From Catajapyx aquilonaris (lineage: Eukaryota): a stretch of DNA of 43,429 bases. Both the position numbers and the translations under genes were made by a program. Positions 25,541 to 37,889 of the stretch are shown here, one piece after another. Positions within the stretch are counted from its first letter, which is position 1. Every line of letters starts with the position of its first letter. The DNA lies in contig JYFJ02003377.1 in NCBI GenBank assembly GCA_000934665.2, positions 1 through 43,429 on the forward strand, given 5' to 3'. The notes under the pieces are model-generated. The model saw only the letters and a list, made by a program, of their open reading frames with translations, did not search any database and was not told where the DNA came from.

Positions 25541-25971
25541 AAATATAAACACTAATGACAGCGTAGAGATGAGCATAAAGTCACTGAAAGCTATAGCCTG
25601 TAATAACGGAAAGAAGCATTGAGTGCACTTACAACAAAACTGACTCTTTTTACTCCTTTGAATTTTGAAATTTTTTGCATTTTCTATTTCTCCTTGGCCT
25701 ATAGTTTTGTGCAAACATCACCTCAGCTACTCAGCGGCGGATTTCCCATGAGCCACAATAGGCACCAGTGCCTATTGTGGCTATTAGGGGCGGCCGTGAG
25801 TTGCAATAAATAATATATCTCAAATACAATAATAGGAAATTAATGATGGCGAGATCACAAAGAAAAGCAAATTGTTGAGAGCTTGATTTGCCACTACATG
25901 CAGAAAAGGTAATTCCCGAAGGGCGGCCATAACTTTCAATATAATATTTAAAAAATAAAATAACATTAAAT

Positions 25972-26676
25972 CAGCGGTTCTCAAACTGTGGGGCGCGAAT
26001 CCAAAAATTATGTGACTCGAAATAGAAAAAAAGCCGCACTGATTAGGTAAGAACTACTTCTCAGGGCTTACTGTAGCGTACAGTTCTACACAATTTGTGC
26101 AGTTCTAAAAGCCACATGTGCAGTTCTGAATAAGAGTTTGTACAAAGGGCGACATGGTGGCGGAGTGGTTAGCGCCGCAGCCTTCCACCTCTGATGTCCC
26201 GAGTTTCGATCCCCGGGTCGGACGGAGGATACTTATGTGGATAGAGTTTCGATGGGTTCTTTCCGTGTTCGCGTGGGTTTTCTCGGGGTTCTCCCGTTTC
26301 CTCCCACAATCAAAATCCATCACAGCGCAGTCAATGATTAAAGACGGGTATTTAAAAGAATGATGATCCCCTAAGTGGCCCAAGGAGGCCTATCACGGGG
26401 TATCCATTATTATTATAAGGATTTGTACAGTCAGATAATAGCAGACAAGTCTGTTATATCCGGATTCAACTGTGCTTGGACATTGGCACTGCTGGAAATA
26501 TGAAGGGATCGATCTTTCTACTTGCTTATATCCGATGTGCTTACAGTATATAGGAGGATTCCACTGTACTTTGTCAGTTATTACATTCACCTAAGATTGT
26601 GTGCCCTTGAAAAAATTTTTTGCCTGCGGCCGGCTTATTCGGTTTGGGGGGGGGGGGGGGGGNTTGAAAAACGCTG
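25972..26676. mobile_element. hAT (Charlie-like) MITE 2, 8-bp TSD CATTAAAT
   Basis: TIR CAGCGGTTCTCAA / TTGAAAAACGCTG; TSD at 25964-25971 and 26677-26684. Confidence 0.88.
26145..26414 (+). mobile_element. tRNA-derived SINE with V/Meta-like central domain
   Basis: A-box TGGCGGAGTGG, B-box GAGTTTCGATCCC, core gcgtgggttttctcggggttctcccgtttcctcccaca, (ATT)n tail, ~15-bp TSD ataag(ag/ga)tttgtaca. Confidence 0.85.
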
Positions 26677-29444
26677 CATTAAATGAAGGAGAGAACACAA
26701 TTTAAAAAATGGAATTTTTAAACGTCAGACCGGGGGGGTGGGGGGGGGTAAATCCGGCGCTGCAGCTACTAATGCTCACGTTAGCAGGGTCACAATACAA
26801 GCAAAAAGGCGATATTTCGAAGCCGCAACACTAGCAGCCGGTCGCGGGTCGCGGGTCGCCCTCGGTCCCCCACGTCCCCGGTCTCGCCGCGACTGATAAT
26901 TGAAGGGGTCGCGGGTCGGTGCAATACCGCCCTAACCCACTACATGACACAAATTGAGTTAAGCACACTTCCATACTACACTCATGTATCTAATAAAATC
27001 CATTGAATTTGTGCAGTTTCTGCCATCGGTCACTGAGAAATCAAATGATATAAGTCACATGGTACAGTATAATTATGGCCTCTCAAACTTTCAACTGCAG
27101 TTTTCTCACAATCAGGTTTGGGATGGTTAGGGCAGTATTGCACCGACTCCTACAATTATGTGCAATAATAATTTGTAATTGTTTGATTCGACTTGATTCA
27201 TAAATTGCTATATAAAGTTGATTTCAAAACATGTGAGGTGATACTTCTCGTCCGCGCCACCCCGCAGAGAGCGCTACAATCGCTGCGACCGGGGACCAGG
27301 GACCCAGGACCGGCACCCGCGACCGGCTGCAGGTGTTATAGGAATATCTTTTTGGCTTGTATCTTGACCCCTCTAACGTGAGCATTAGCAGACTCTGAGG
27401 TGATGTTTGTACAACATTATAGGGCATATAGACCAAGGAGAATTAGAAAATTCAAAACATTTCAAAATTTAGGGGAGTAAAAAGAGTCAGTTTTGTTGTT
27501 AGTTACGTTTGAAGACTAAATACAAAACAATAGTTTGTGTGTTGTCGGAACTCATCAGACATTTCACTCAAAAGCTAGCAGTTTCATAATCTCAAAGTAC
27601 TATATCACTGGCAAACTTCATGACAGGTCTTGCGATACTGGCCTGACTGTATCATAACATTGGTAATTTATTACAGTAGTTGAACCTTCCTTTGTCCTGC
27701 AGGGTACCCGCACTAATTCACGTAGACGAAACGCTATAGTAATGACATAATCTTGAAAACCATGGCCATCACGACGAATGACAGATACGAGTGCTCCACA
27801 TTATCCTGCAATGAAAGGAAGTCTATTCAGGTCATTTTGTACGTAGGGACGACTAATGGTTCCTTTGTGTTTTATGACGGAATTATTAGCGAATATATGG
27901 CCTACGCATATAGAAAAAAGAGACAGGCTGTAACCTACTTAACCCAGAAACTATGGCCCTCTCTAGTCATTCCGAAGGTGATTTGCTAATGTCACTCACT
28001 GTTTATCGTCTGAAATGGGTGGCTCCTCATTTTATGATAATCTAATAAATCATTACAAGTGCGAAGATGCATCGATTTGCTCAACCTTTAAATCAAAACG
28101 ACAAAGACATCACACCAGGCTTCAGGACATATTGTTTTGTGCGCATTACTCGGCGTAACAGTACAAATGTTTGATTTTATGTTTGCGCGTTGTTCGTAGA
28201 ATTTTTTATTGATTTATGATTCCAACTTTCTCTCAGTTATACCCCAAAAATATGGGCGGGACAGAAAACATATGACAGACTAGGATTGATCACAGCATTT
28301 ACATACAGTATAGTAAACAAGAAAAAACAACATATACGCGTCACATTGTTATGTAGTAGAATGTACAGTGTTCATAAACGTGTGGATAGGTTTAATTCCC
28401 AAACAAATGGCAGATTCTACAGCAAAACTAACGCCATCAGCGTCAGACACCCCAAAGAGATTCCATAAATTCAACTCAAGTATGAAACATTTACAGTTCG
28501 TGTCGCACTGTATTATTTGCTGGTGGCAACGAGAAACACAATAATTATACAGCATAACAACGAGTACTGTTAGGCAACTCGTCGCAAATAGCGGCAAAAT
28601 TGTCTCATGAACTGGCAGTGACACCAGCGCGTGTAATTTCATCATTGCATAAAATGTACTGGCTGTAAATCTAAGAAACATATATTACCCTATAATTATT
28701 ATGGTCAAAATAATTGTTACAGCCTTGTATTGCAGAAAGTGATTTGAGAGGAACGTCATGTCATGTTAATATAATTATGCCGACGTGTGGTTGCAACATT
28801 AGCAATTTCACATTACTGTGCGCTTAATAATAGTTCTAAGATGATGTGTTGTTAAAGGTTCTACATAATGGAGCTATGGTGAATTGCAAATAGATCCGAG
28901 CGGCCTACATTTTGCAAGGAACCGCAGTTGCAAAAGTGGCAGGCTCTCTAAATAGAGCTTAAACTCACATGACCCAAGAGCCTGACTATTTCATAAGGCT
29001 TGTAATTCTGCCAAGAACTGTAGACACTGCCGCAAAGCTCGACGGACAGCGCCAATCCCACTAAGAACAAATATTGAACTTGCTCCATTACGTTCCATTT
29101 GCCTGATTGGCAAGGCCATCAAGCGGATTCAGAATTTGGGGATCCACTCCTCGCCCTCTCCCCTCCTCTCCATTGTTATCAGAATTATTACCTGCACTCA
29201 CCGGTTGGTACCACGATTACTTTTAGGCAGAAAGGTAATCACCCCGCACACCCCATTCAAACACGCCTTGGAAAGTGCCTCGACTACACTTGTAAACCCT
29301 GGTGCCAACCAAACACTCAACAGGGCAGCAGCCCGAACTTTGACACGAGGCCTAATCAAATCTGTCTCTTCCCAGTTCGCCTCAACTTGCAGACGAGACC
29401 AATAATACCTTCTGTACCTACCCGAGCTTCAAGTTTTGCCTGCT

Positions 29445-29480
29445 TCCTCCCTCCCTCCCTCCCTCCCTCCCTCCCCCCTT
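29445..29480. repeat. (CCCT)n pyrimidine tract
   Basis: Read directly. Confidence 0.85.
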
Positions 29481-31870
29481 CTTCCCTTCGCCCTGCTCCC
29501 TTCCCCACCTGCCTTCCTCACCGGAGAACGGTTGACTCGGGCCGGGGCTCTTACTTTTGATCAAGTTTCCCCCGAATTCAAGTGATGCTGGATGCTAATC
29601 GAGAGCTGTTACATTCGTCTCCGCAAAATCTCACCAGGGAAACGGGGTGGGTGGAGGACTCAAGCGTGTGCAAAGTTCATCCCGAGGATTATAGAGGAAG
29701 TAATGCATTTCTCAGTTACAGAATCTTAGGAGTGTCTGTTCCTTTGATGTAGCCTACTAGGCACATGCATTGAATCGACTTGTTTATGCCACGCGGATTC
29801 TGAACTAAATTTTTCAAAGTTTTTTTGGCAGCAGCATTATAAATCACAATTATTATTTTGTTGATGCAGGTTGTTTTCCAAAGAGGTGGCATTCAAATAA
29901 TTACAATAATGTAACGAAATTATTAGACAAAAATTCAGTGTACAGTGCTGGGTAGAGTAGTTACAAGCAAAAAGATGGGGACAGAACCAGCCTCCACAAT
30001 AATTGACTGTAAAACCGCGGTAATGCCTCTGCTTCAACGCCACTGTACAGCAAATTGCGCCATAATTGTGATGTCCGTTACTCTATACTACTCAGGAGCA
30101 TCACCGGTTTTGCAGTTAACTCGTTAGAGCTCTTGACCCTGGTCCGTCGTCATTCTTTTGCTCGCGACTGCATAGTTCAGGACTGCAGGCAATATAAATG
30201 CCTTGGCCTTGGCGTTTCTATATCAATTCGGATATTTATTCTTGTGGATGTTCATTTTCAGGAAAATCAATTTCTTTAAAATAATGGAAGACTACTGTAT
30301 GCTTTCCAAAGAAGTGGCTTTGTATACTCAATGTTGTTTTGGTGCAGAATCTGCAGTCATATCCAAAGCAGAGCTTTCAATTTTTTATTTGAAATGGACG
30401 GCCAGTGGGAACAGTTCAGTTTTTCAACCAGCTGAAATCCAACAGAGCAGAACAATGTCAACTCGTTATAAATTCAACGGAGAAAAAATTGTCCATTGGA
30501 AATTAGACTGAACTTTTCCGGCAGTTACGCACAACGGCCGTGCAATACGACTCAGGTTTGCTAGTTGAAAGCGTGAAATACATATGAAACAAAAGTGTAA
30601 TATTATTTTTGCTGAAATCTCTCCGCATTTGACTCCAACAATCTCGCACACTGCTTCCAAGACTACGCCTCAAGATTAAACACGCCAGTACTGCATATAC
30701 CTAGCTTGAGAAGCGTGTATAAATATTATCATGCAAATCCTCCCCAGTCCTGCAGTCTAGAGCAGCCCCAAGGTAAACAAAGTCGAGAAAGAATGCTGAG
30801 AATAAGTCTCTGGACATTTCAGACACGTCGAGCAAGCACTGGTGACACCCACTAGCTTTCAGAACCTGACACCCTCTATTAAACAGCTGCTAGTTGCATA
30901 CACGCAGGCTCTCATTAGGAGTCTAGAATAATGACTATAGCAGGAAGTTTGTAGCTCAGCCTTAGTTCCAATGCTGGTGCGGCCTTTCCAGAAAGGTGGT
31001 GCTGGGGAAGGTTAGTCTGCAGACCCCAGGGACAGGCGGTTGTGTTACATGCAAAAGAGGCATGTCTCGGTACAAAGAGGGTGTTACTCCTCCCCCTCAC
31101 CGCCACCCCCTGCGCCGATACGAGAGCTCCCGATTGGCCATCAAAGTCCCCAAGGCGGTGTACCTTAGTACTCATACAGTACCAGTTCGCTTTCCGGGAG
31201 ACTTCTCAGAAATTCGTGGTCAATTATGAAAAGTAGCCCTAGGGATGTAACTAGGGGTGCGGTGAAAGTGGCAGGAGAGTGGGGGAGGGTCTGGGGAGGT
31301 AGGAGTCTTTTGTTGCCTCACTTTGCATAACCTAGTCAGCCAGCTTTGCTTTTGCACTATTCCACACACACATTATCGTACACGTATTTCCACTCCTATT
31401 TGCTCCCCTCGATATTGCTCATTGCAGGCTCCCGGTTCAAACCAATCGTGCAGAACCGGACAACACCGGGATCATCGCTTCCGAGTACATATGATGGCTA
31501 TAGGCTGCTACTCACAAGTCGATTCCAGCCACGCAATGCCGAGTAAGGCTCTTACAATTTTCAGGCCTTAATGAGCGCCTGGCTTCTGCGGATAAGTGCT
31601 CTCTCTCTCCCTCTCTCTTTCAACACCAGACACCAGAGAGAAATTCTTCAGGGCCTAAGGACGACCTACCTACTGTATATCCCAGAGACTAAATTATTTT
31701 TCAAATTCTCTACCTTTCCTTACTTCAGAACAACCTCTAATCTGCCAGAAACTGGCTGAGTATCTCGCACTCTTGCCTTCAAAATCACTATAACTTGATA
31801 TCTCAGGGATATGCCCTAAGAAATACTATAACTTACTGTGTACAGCAAAAATTATCACTGATATCATTAA

Positions 31871-32725
31871 CCCAGATATGCCCGGAGAAGTTTCGCTGAA
31901 TTTTTGAACTTTTTTTGTTTCTATTAGTTCATATTAGTTCCCAAAACACAAAAATTGAGATAAAACAATTTTCTGACTGCTTGTTTGCGAGAAAACGGCC
32001 GTTCTCTATAATTATGGGATGCTAGGAAAATGTAACCTATAGTAGGGCTATAACAGTTTTTGATTATACATTACCATGGCAACAATGACATTCAGCAATA
32101 TCCATACCTTTATAATGATTGATTTTTGTCGATTGCATTACCACAGAAACGGGCCGTGCAAAGAATGGGTTGTAGTTTAGTCACAATCAACAACAATCAA
32201 GGAATGTTGCCACGGTTGCCATGTAATCTCGTTTTAATTATATTGATTCATTAAAATACAGTTGAACGAAGCGCACAAAATCCACACACATACTTTACTT
32301 GTCCAAATGTGGGTGCATTTGCCTCTTGCGTTCCCCAGAGGGGACACCAGATTTCAACAATACTCTCAGAAAAGGAGAGTAAAAAATATGCCAATATTTC
32401 CCCATCGCCATCATCATTGGTAAGTTTTCTAAGTATTTCAGCCAATAAATAACTCATAACACTAATCAATATTCGAAAATTAATTATTGCTAATCATATT
32501 CGGAACATGAAGGTGCAGCCATTATTTCATGCGTTAAAATTCAAACACCTGTATATTAAAAATATGCAGCAATTTTTGAGCAGGTTTCAACTTGCATCGC
32601 TAGCTGGGACTACTGAAGCACACTTGACTACTGCCAGCTCTTTAGCAGCAGAAGAACCTGCGCAAAAAAATAAAATATAACAACTGTGCAGGTGTCCCCT
32701 ATAGGGGACGCTGGGCATATCTGGG
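31871..32725. mobile_element. piggyBac-like MITE
   Basis: TTAA-CCCAGATATGCCC...GGGCATATCTGGG-TTAA; perfect 13-bp TIR; subterminal palindrome gtcccctataggggac. Confidence 0.88.
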
Positions 32726-32848
32726 TTAATAAGATGTAAAAATGAAAAATAGTAACATACATGTACAGTACATAAAGGGTAAGCATCATAATTATTATAA
32801 AACACAACTCGGTGAAACTCTCAACGGCCAAACAACAACCACAACAAC

Positions 32849-32981
<133 letters not shown>

Positions 32982-34326
32982 AAAGAAACCTTTCTGGGCA
33001 AAAGCAAAAATCAATTTTGCCACCCTCAGTTGTCATGCTTGTGCAAAAAAGAGCAGACAGAGTATCGTCCTGGTGATCCCTCTTGTTAAAAAATGGGATC
33101 ATTTGGTTGGCATTTTAATGCGAAAATTCCGACAGTTCGAATGACATTAGCACACAATACAATGACTGTACATAGAGTTTCCGTGGACAGGCGTAATAGC
33201 AATGGACGGATTCCACCATGGGGCCAACAGGATCCTCCTTTTGCAACTGGGTCATTATAATTAAACTGCATTTGGGCTTGCGATTGTAGGGGGGTGGAGG
33301 GAAATGACGGGGACTAGTATGAGTGTGGTTTAGGGGGAAGCCGATTAATCGTCATTGAGTGGCTCCAGTCATCCGCGGAAAGTTTCCTAACTAAAGAACA
33401 CTGGGATTAGTCAGGCGTGTTCTCTCGTGGATGCAGTTTCTGAATGGCCAATCTTCTCAACTACCATGCTAAACGAAACTATTTCCACTGATTGTGTCTG
33501 AAGAAAGGAAACAATGGTATATAATCATGCTTACCTACCATTATTCTCTAGATAGAGATTGAATAACCAAGAACAAAGTCCAAGAGATGGGGAAATAGTT
33601 TCCAATCACTATTAATGGGGTCGGAAAACAAAACATTATTATTATTATTTTAAGCAGCTCAAACCTTCGGAACAACAGAGTATTTTCATGCTGTAGCATG
33701 AGAACAAATAAGTTCCAAACTCGAGAAGAATATTTTTCACTCACAGGAGAACATCTGTGATGGGTTGTCTACCTGACAACCAAAAACCTTTATCGCCAAA
33801 AGTCGGAGAGCCAAATTACTTTACTGCCAATGGCCCTAACGGCCAATGTCTTTTAGAGCCAAAATTCCTGGCAACAAATTTCCCTGGGCGCCACACTGAC
33901 CTATAGGGCTCTAAGACCGGTTAGTTTGATGGAGTGCCAACATTGTATACATGTTGGGAACATCCAAGTAGCGGACTGTCCTGTGGGTTTGTTGAGTTTT
34001 GCAGCCATTTCGCATCTCTTGGAAATTTGTTGGCAGCGGGAAGTAAGAACGCGCTACTACCATTAAAAGTAACTACCAAATATAATAATTATCTGTCTTT
34101 AAAATCAGGCGTTTTAATAGTGCCAAAATAGCCATATTAGTCGGATAAGTATTTAGTAATACGTAGTAACTTATCATCTTGCATAATTATACAGTGTGGT
34201 TATATTTTTCCCCCGATTTGTATTATGATTTGTCGCCCTTGTGACCCCTCCGCCACATGGTGGACATCACACACCCTGCATTAGCCCCCCCGCAACTCCC
34301 ATCCTAGCCTTATGGTGACAGTAATT

Positions 34327-34527
34327 TAATTAGAGTAGATAGTCCTCGCCAGCCTGGAATTTGACTCTGGCTCAGCCCCCAGGCATCTTACGATTCGGGT
34401 GGCTGACTGGCGATCTGCGAATGCCCTCCGGACCCAGCTGCAGTGGAGAGGGTTGGTTCAGGCGTCCGCCCGAATCGTAAGATGCCTGTGGGCGCCAAAT
34501 TCCAGGCTGCCGGGGACTCTCTAATTA
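34327..34527. mobile_element. Small palindromic MITE
   Basis: Arms cagcctggaatttg..caggcatcttacgattcggg / cccgaatcgtaagatgcctg..caaattccaggctg. Confidence 0.75.
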
Positions 34528-35193
34528 CACTACCGTACCGCGGGAGTTATCGGGGGGGGGGGGGNGGGGGGGGCAAACCCCAAGTGGCCCCGCAACATGT
34601 ACTAACCTAACCTAACCTAACCTTCCTTGCGGATACACAGCGGATCCGCAGCGGATATAGAGCAGATATATAGAGGGCCAGTTTCGGGGACCACTTTGAG
34701 TTTGCCTACATGCTTACGGGGGGCTGCCCTACATCGATAGCAATATTACAGTACGGTACTGTATATTGCAGCATGCAACAATGGTCCTCCTCTAACAACG
34801 AAATATCACGTGACGTCCTGTGGAAGCGCCTAGTAAACATTCAATTATTTCATTTCCTCCCTCCTTCATCTCCATATACAATTACTGTATACTTAATCTT
34901 GGGCCTTATTGTACTAATACATACGTCGATTAATACTCTTGAAGTCCATTAACAAACCTCACTCGAGTGATCCCCGACACACCACGAACCAGCAAGTATG
35001 GCAAATCCGGGCAAATCCGGGTGACAAAGCGGCTTTTGCTGGCGGACTTCTCATCGTCCGATATCCCATCCCCGGACTTTGTCCAGCGCCAATCACCACC
35101 GAGCAGATGAGGGAAGAAGTGTTCCGTACCTTCAAATCACTACACACATAATAATAGACATTGCTCGGACCATCACTCGTTATGCATGCGTAC

Positions 35194-35340
35194 CAGTCGG
35201 TTAAAGGATTTCCTTTCCACACGAGGTGGAGAAATGAGCCTTCAACAGAGGTGCTAGGGGAGTGCTAGTCATTGCATCAGGGGGACGCAGCACCTCTGTT
35301 GAAGGCGCCTCAAGTGGAAAGGTAATCCTTTAACCGACTG
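35194..35340. mobile_element. Small Tc1/mariner-type palindromic MITE
   Basis: CAGTCGGTTAAAGGATT..gccttcaacagaggtgct / agcacctctgttgaaggc..AATCCTTTAACCGACTG-TA. Confidence 0.8.
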
Positions 35341-37096
35341 TACATGGGTGTCCTCCATATTACTGGATCAGGGAAGACTCAATCATTATTTTATATGGAA
35401 GAGATAATCTTACGTAGAAAGGCATTGTGGTGCTACCTAAATATATTAGTGGATGCCTTGTCCATCACTCGTGACCGGCAAGGAGTGGTTCTGTTTATTA
35501 TCAGGAGCACGAACGACTCCGCGAGCAGTTCCTTACAATATGTCCCATCGGGAGGTGAAGCTGACCCAAGAGCACGAAGACTTTGTGGTTAAGCATGTTG
35601 GAGTGAGCAATGTTTGAAGTGTTTGAATTAGTTGCATTCATGTATAGGCTACAGTAGTAGTTGCATTCTGAATAAATAGATGGCGTGCGCTTGCTGTTAC
35701 AGCCCTTCCATATTCAGTACGAGAAATGCGCACTCCCGCTAGTTTTCTTTGTTCCTGCTCTCCTCTTTGTCAAGCCAAGTACGTACTGTAGTTCGTTCAT
35801 TCCGAAGCAGCCATGCTGAGTTAGCAGCCAAAACAGTGTTTCTCTCCGTTGTCCTTATCGGGTGCCTGATGCTTGACCGAGTCTAGTTCTAACAAAGCAC
35901 CCCGTTTACCAGGATAAGAAGACGAGGTGAAGGCTAACTGGAGGTGCTATATTCTGCACATTCTGCTGGATAAAGACCTCTATCATCCATTCCTTCTGTT
36001 AACTTTAAGAGGCCCTCCCTCCCCCCCACCCAGATAAGAAGAGAACACAGACCAAAGAGCCTGTAGGTGGGCAGAGAGGCCTTTCAGAGGCAGATGGCCA
36101 TGGAAGAAAAAGCAGAGGAGTAATGCCATCATGCTGCTGACCGAAGAGAGGCGGATGGAGTGGGACAATATGTCCCGACAAATCGTAGGTGTCTACGCCA
36201 AGGACCTCTGGTCTACCACACGACGAAGAACGCCACTCAGGTAACATTACACATGCTGTACAAACAATTCAGTGCCCATGGTCAAAGACTCAAAGGTGTC
36301 GTTAGCTGAACTCATTCGTGGTGCCGTTCCCTTGGATCAACAAATGGAGCACCTGCTACACCTGCTGGTGGCCCGGTATGAGTGTCTTAGATGCAGAGTA
36401 AAGGCAAACAAGGCGAAGATTATTGCTTCGGAACAGGAGGATGGGGGATTACAAACTACCAGCGATGGGTATTCTCTGCAGTAAATGAAGGCTGCGATAA
36501 AGAAAATCCGGACTTCTTCGAGTTCCAACTCTGGCCGAAAGAGGAGACACTCGATCCCACCCTCCCTACACAAAAGAAGGGTCGCGTTTGGGGTTGACCA
36601 TTCCCTCTAGGCACAATAAAAACCGTGAAAATTAGGGTTCTCCCACCCCACGCCAGCATACAAACAGGAAAAATTTTGACAAAATTATTATTTGCCGAAA
36701 GGTTATAGCTAAAATAAAAATCAACTTCACGGGTCAGAAGCACCAATTTTTTGCGCATTTTTGGGTGCTTGTTACGACATCACTTAAAATTTCACGACGG
36801 CGTAAATTACTCCCGTATGCAAATTACTTTTAAAAATACTATATTAAGAATATGGGAAAAGTACCTCACATATGTGTAAGAGAGATGTCAGTCGCACTGC
36901 CACAAAAAAACTCGGTTCTGCTGGTGTTAGTTAGCGAAATTTTTACTCCCCAATTATCTTTATCCCCCCCTTAACACCTCATGGTCGCCATGCAGTCTTA
37001 AATAGGACTGACGTCACACGCAATGGGCAACATTAATTATCAACAACAGCAACAATGCAAGTAACAGTTAACTTAAAAGACTTGTCGGCTTCAAAT

Positions 37097-37312
37097 GGGG
37101 AGGCGGAGTGGTGCTGCGGTAACGTATGCTCCCACGTATGTAAGGGTCCCGGGTTCGATACCAAAAGCCAGGGCATTCCCCCCTTCATCTCGTGCAGAGT
37201 TCGGGGGTCATCTCTGGCTTCGTCTCAGATAGATTTCCGATAGACTAACCACCTGGGGGACTGCACAAAATGACCACATGAGATATTGCACTGCGCATTG
37301 CACCTCCCTTCT
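37097..37312 (+). mobile_element. tRNA-derived SINE (family A), 3'-truncated
   Basis: ggggaggcggagtggtgctgcggtaacgtatgctcccac...GGTTCGATACC, then the shared core; similarity ends after cattgcacctccc. Confidence 0.8.
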
Positions 37313-37493
37313 TACAAGGGAAGACCGTGACGTGTGACTAACGGATTTGGACGAAAATCGCTCGGTGGGTAAATCACATGCGTAGAATTCACTGGTGAAC
37401 GTAAAAACCCGCACTTCGCAGGCATTTTCGAGATATGAGTGACGTCAGATCCGGCGCGCTCAATATAGTGCATCCTCTTGCTCCCTTTTTAGA

Positions 37494-37889
37494 CTTTTTA
37501 TCATCATCGAAAAAAAGTCTGTTGACAGGTATCAGGGCCTCAGCCAAAACAGATAGCGGCAAACGGTTTTCGGATTCGGATTAAATGTGACCTAAATAGG
37601 TGTCATGGCCATCTTCCGGTGACCCGCCACTTCCGGTTTTCCGAGATCTCTCTATCCGCACAAGTCGATTTCAGAGTTTGAGACCAATGCCCCAGTCCCG
37701 TGACGGATAATAGGGGTTCTACTGTAATATTTTGTAACAATTTGTAAATTTAGTACTATTAAACTTGAATGAGACTACTTCATCGTCAATGTTACTTTCT
37801 TTGGGGAAAATTACCCATAAAGTTTCATACTTGAGAGAATGAGAAAAAGTATATTCTAATCACACTCACTTGATTTGCCAATCTTGTTT
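37494..37889. repeat. Dispersed repeat, copy 2 (paralog at 1504-1906)
   Basis: Same colinear blocks in the same orientation; contains a Tigger-like end fragment near 37690-37724. Confidence 0.8.

Larger units (their letters stand above)
25732..26762. mobile_element. hAT-type MITE 1, 8-bp TSD CAGCTACT
   Basis: TIR CAGCGGCGGATTT / AAATCCGGCGCTG; TSD at 25724-25731 and 26763-26770. Confidence 0.88.
25627..27503. mobile_element. Long-TIR palindromic MITE whose left arm is interrupted by a hAT insertion
   Basis: 25627-25731 joined to 26771-26960 is the inverted counterpart of 27120-27503 (acaacaaaactgactctttttactcc; caaacatcacctcag; ctaatgctcacgttag; gcagccggtcgcggg; tcggtgcaatac). Confidence 0.8.

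Noticed and set aside
29099..29560. 153-aa ORF
   Set aside because: No recognisable domain, TTG start, and the Pro-rich end derives from a (CCCT)n tract.
35170..35472. 11-bp direct repeat ccatcactcgt as a TSD
   Set aside because: No TIR, tail or Pol III head at the inner boundaries; could be chance.
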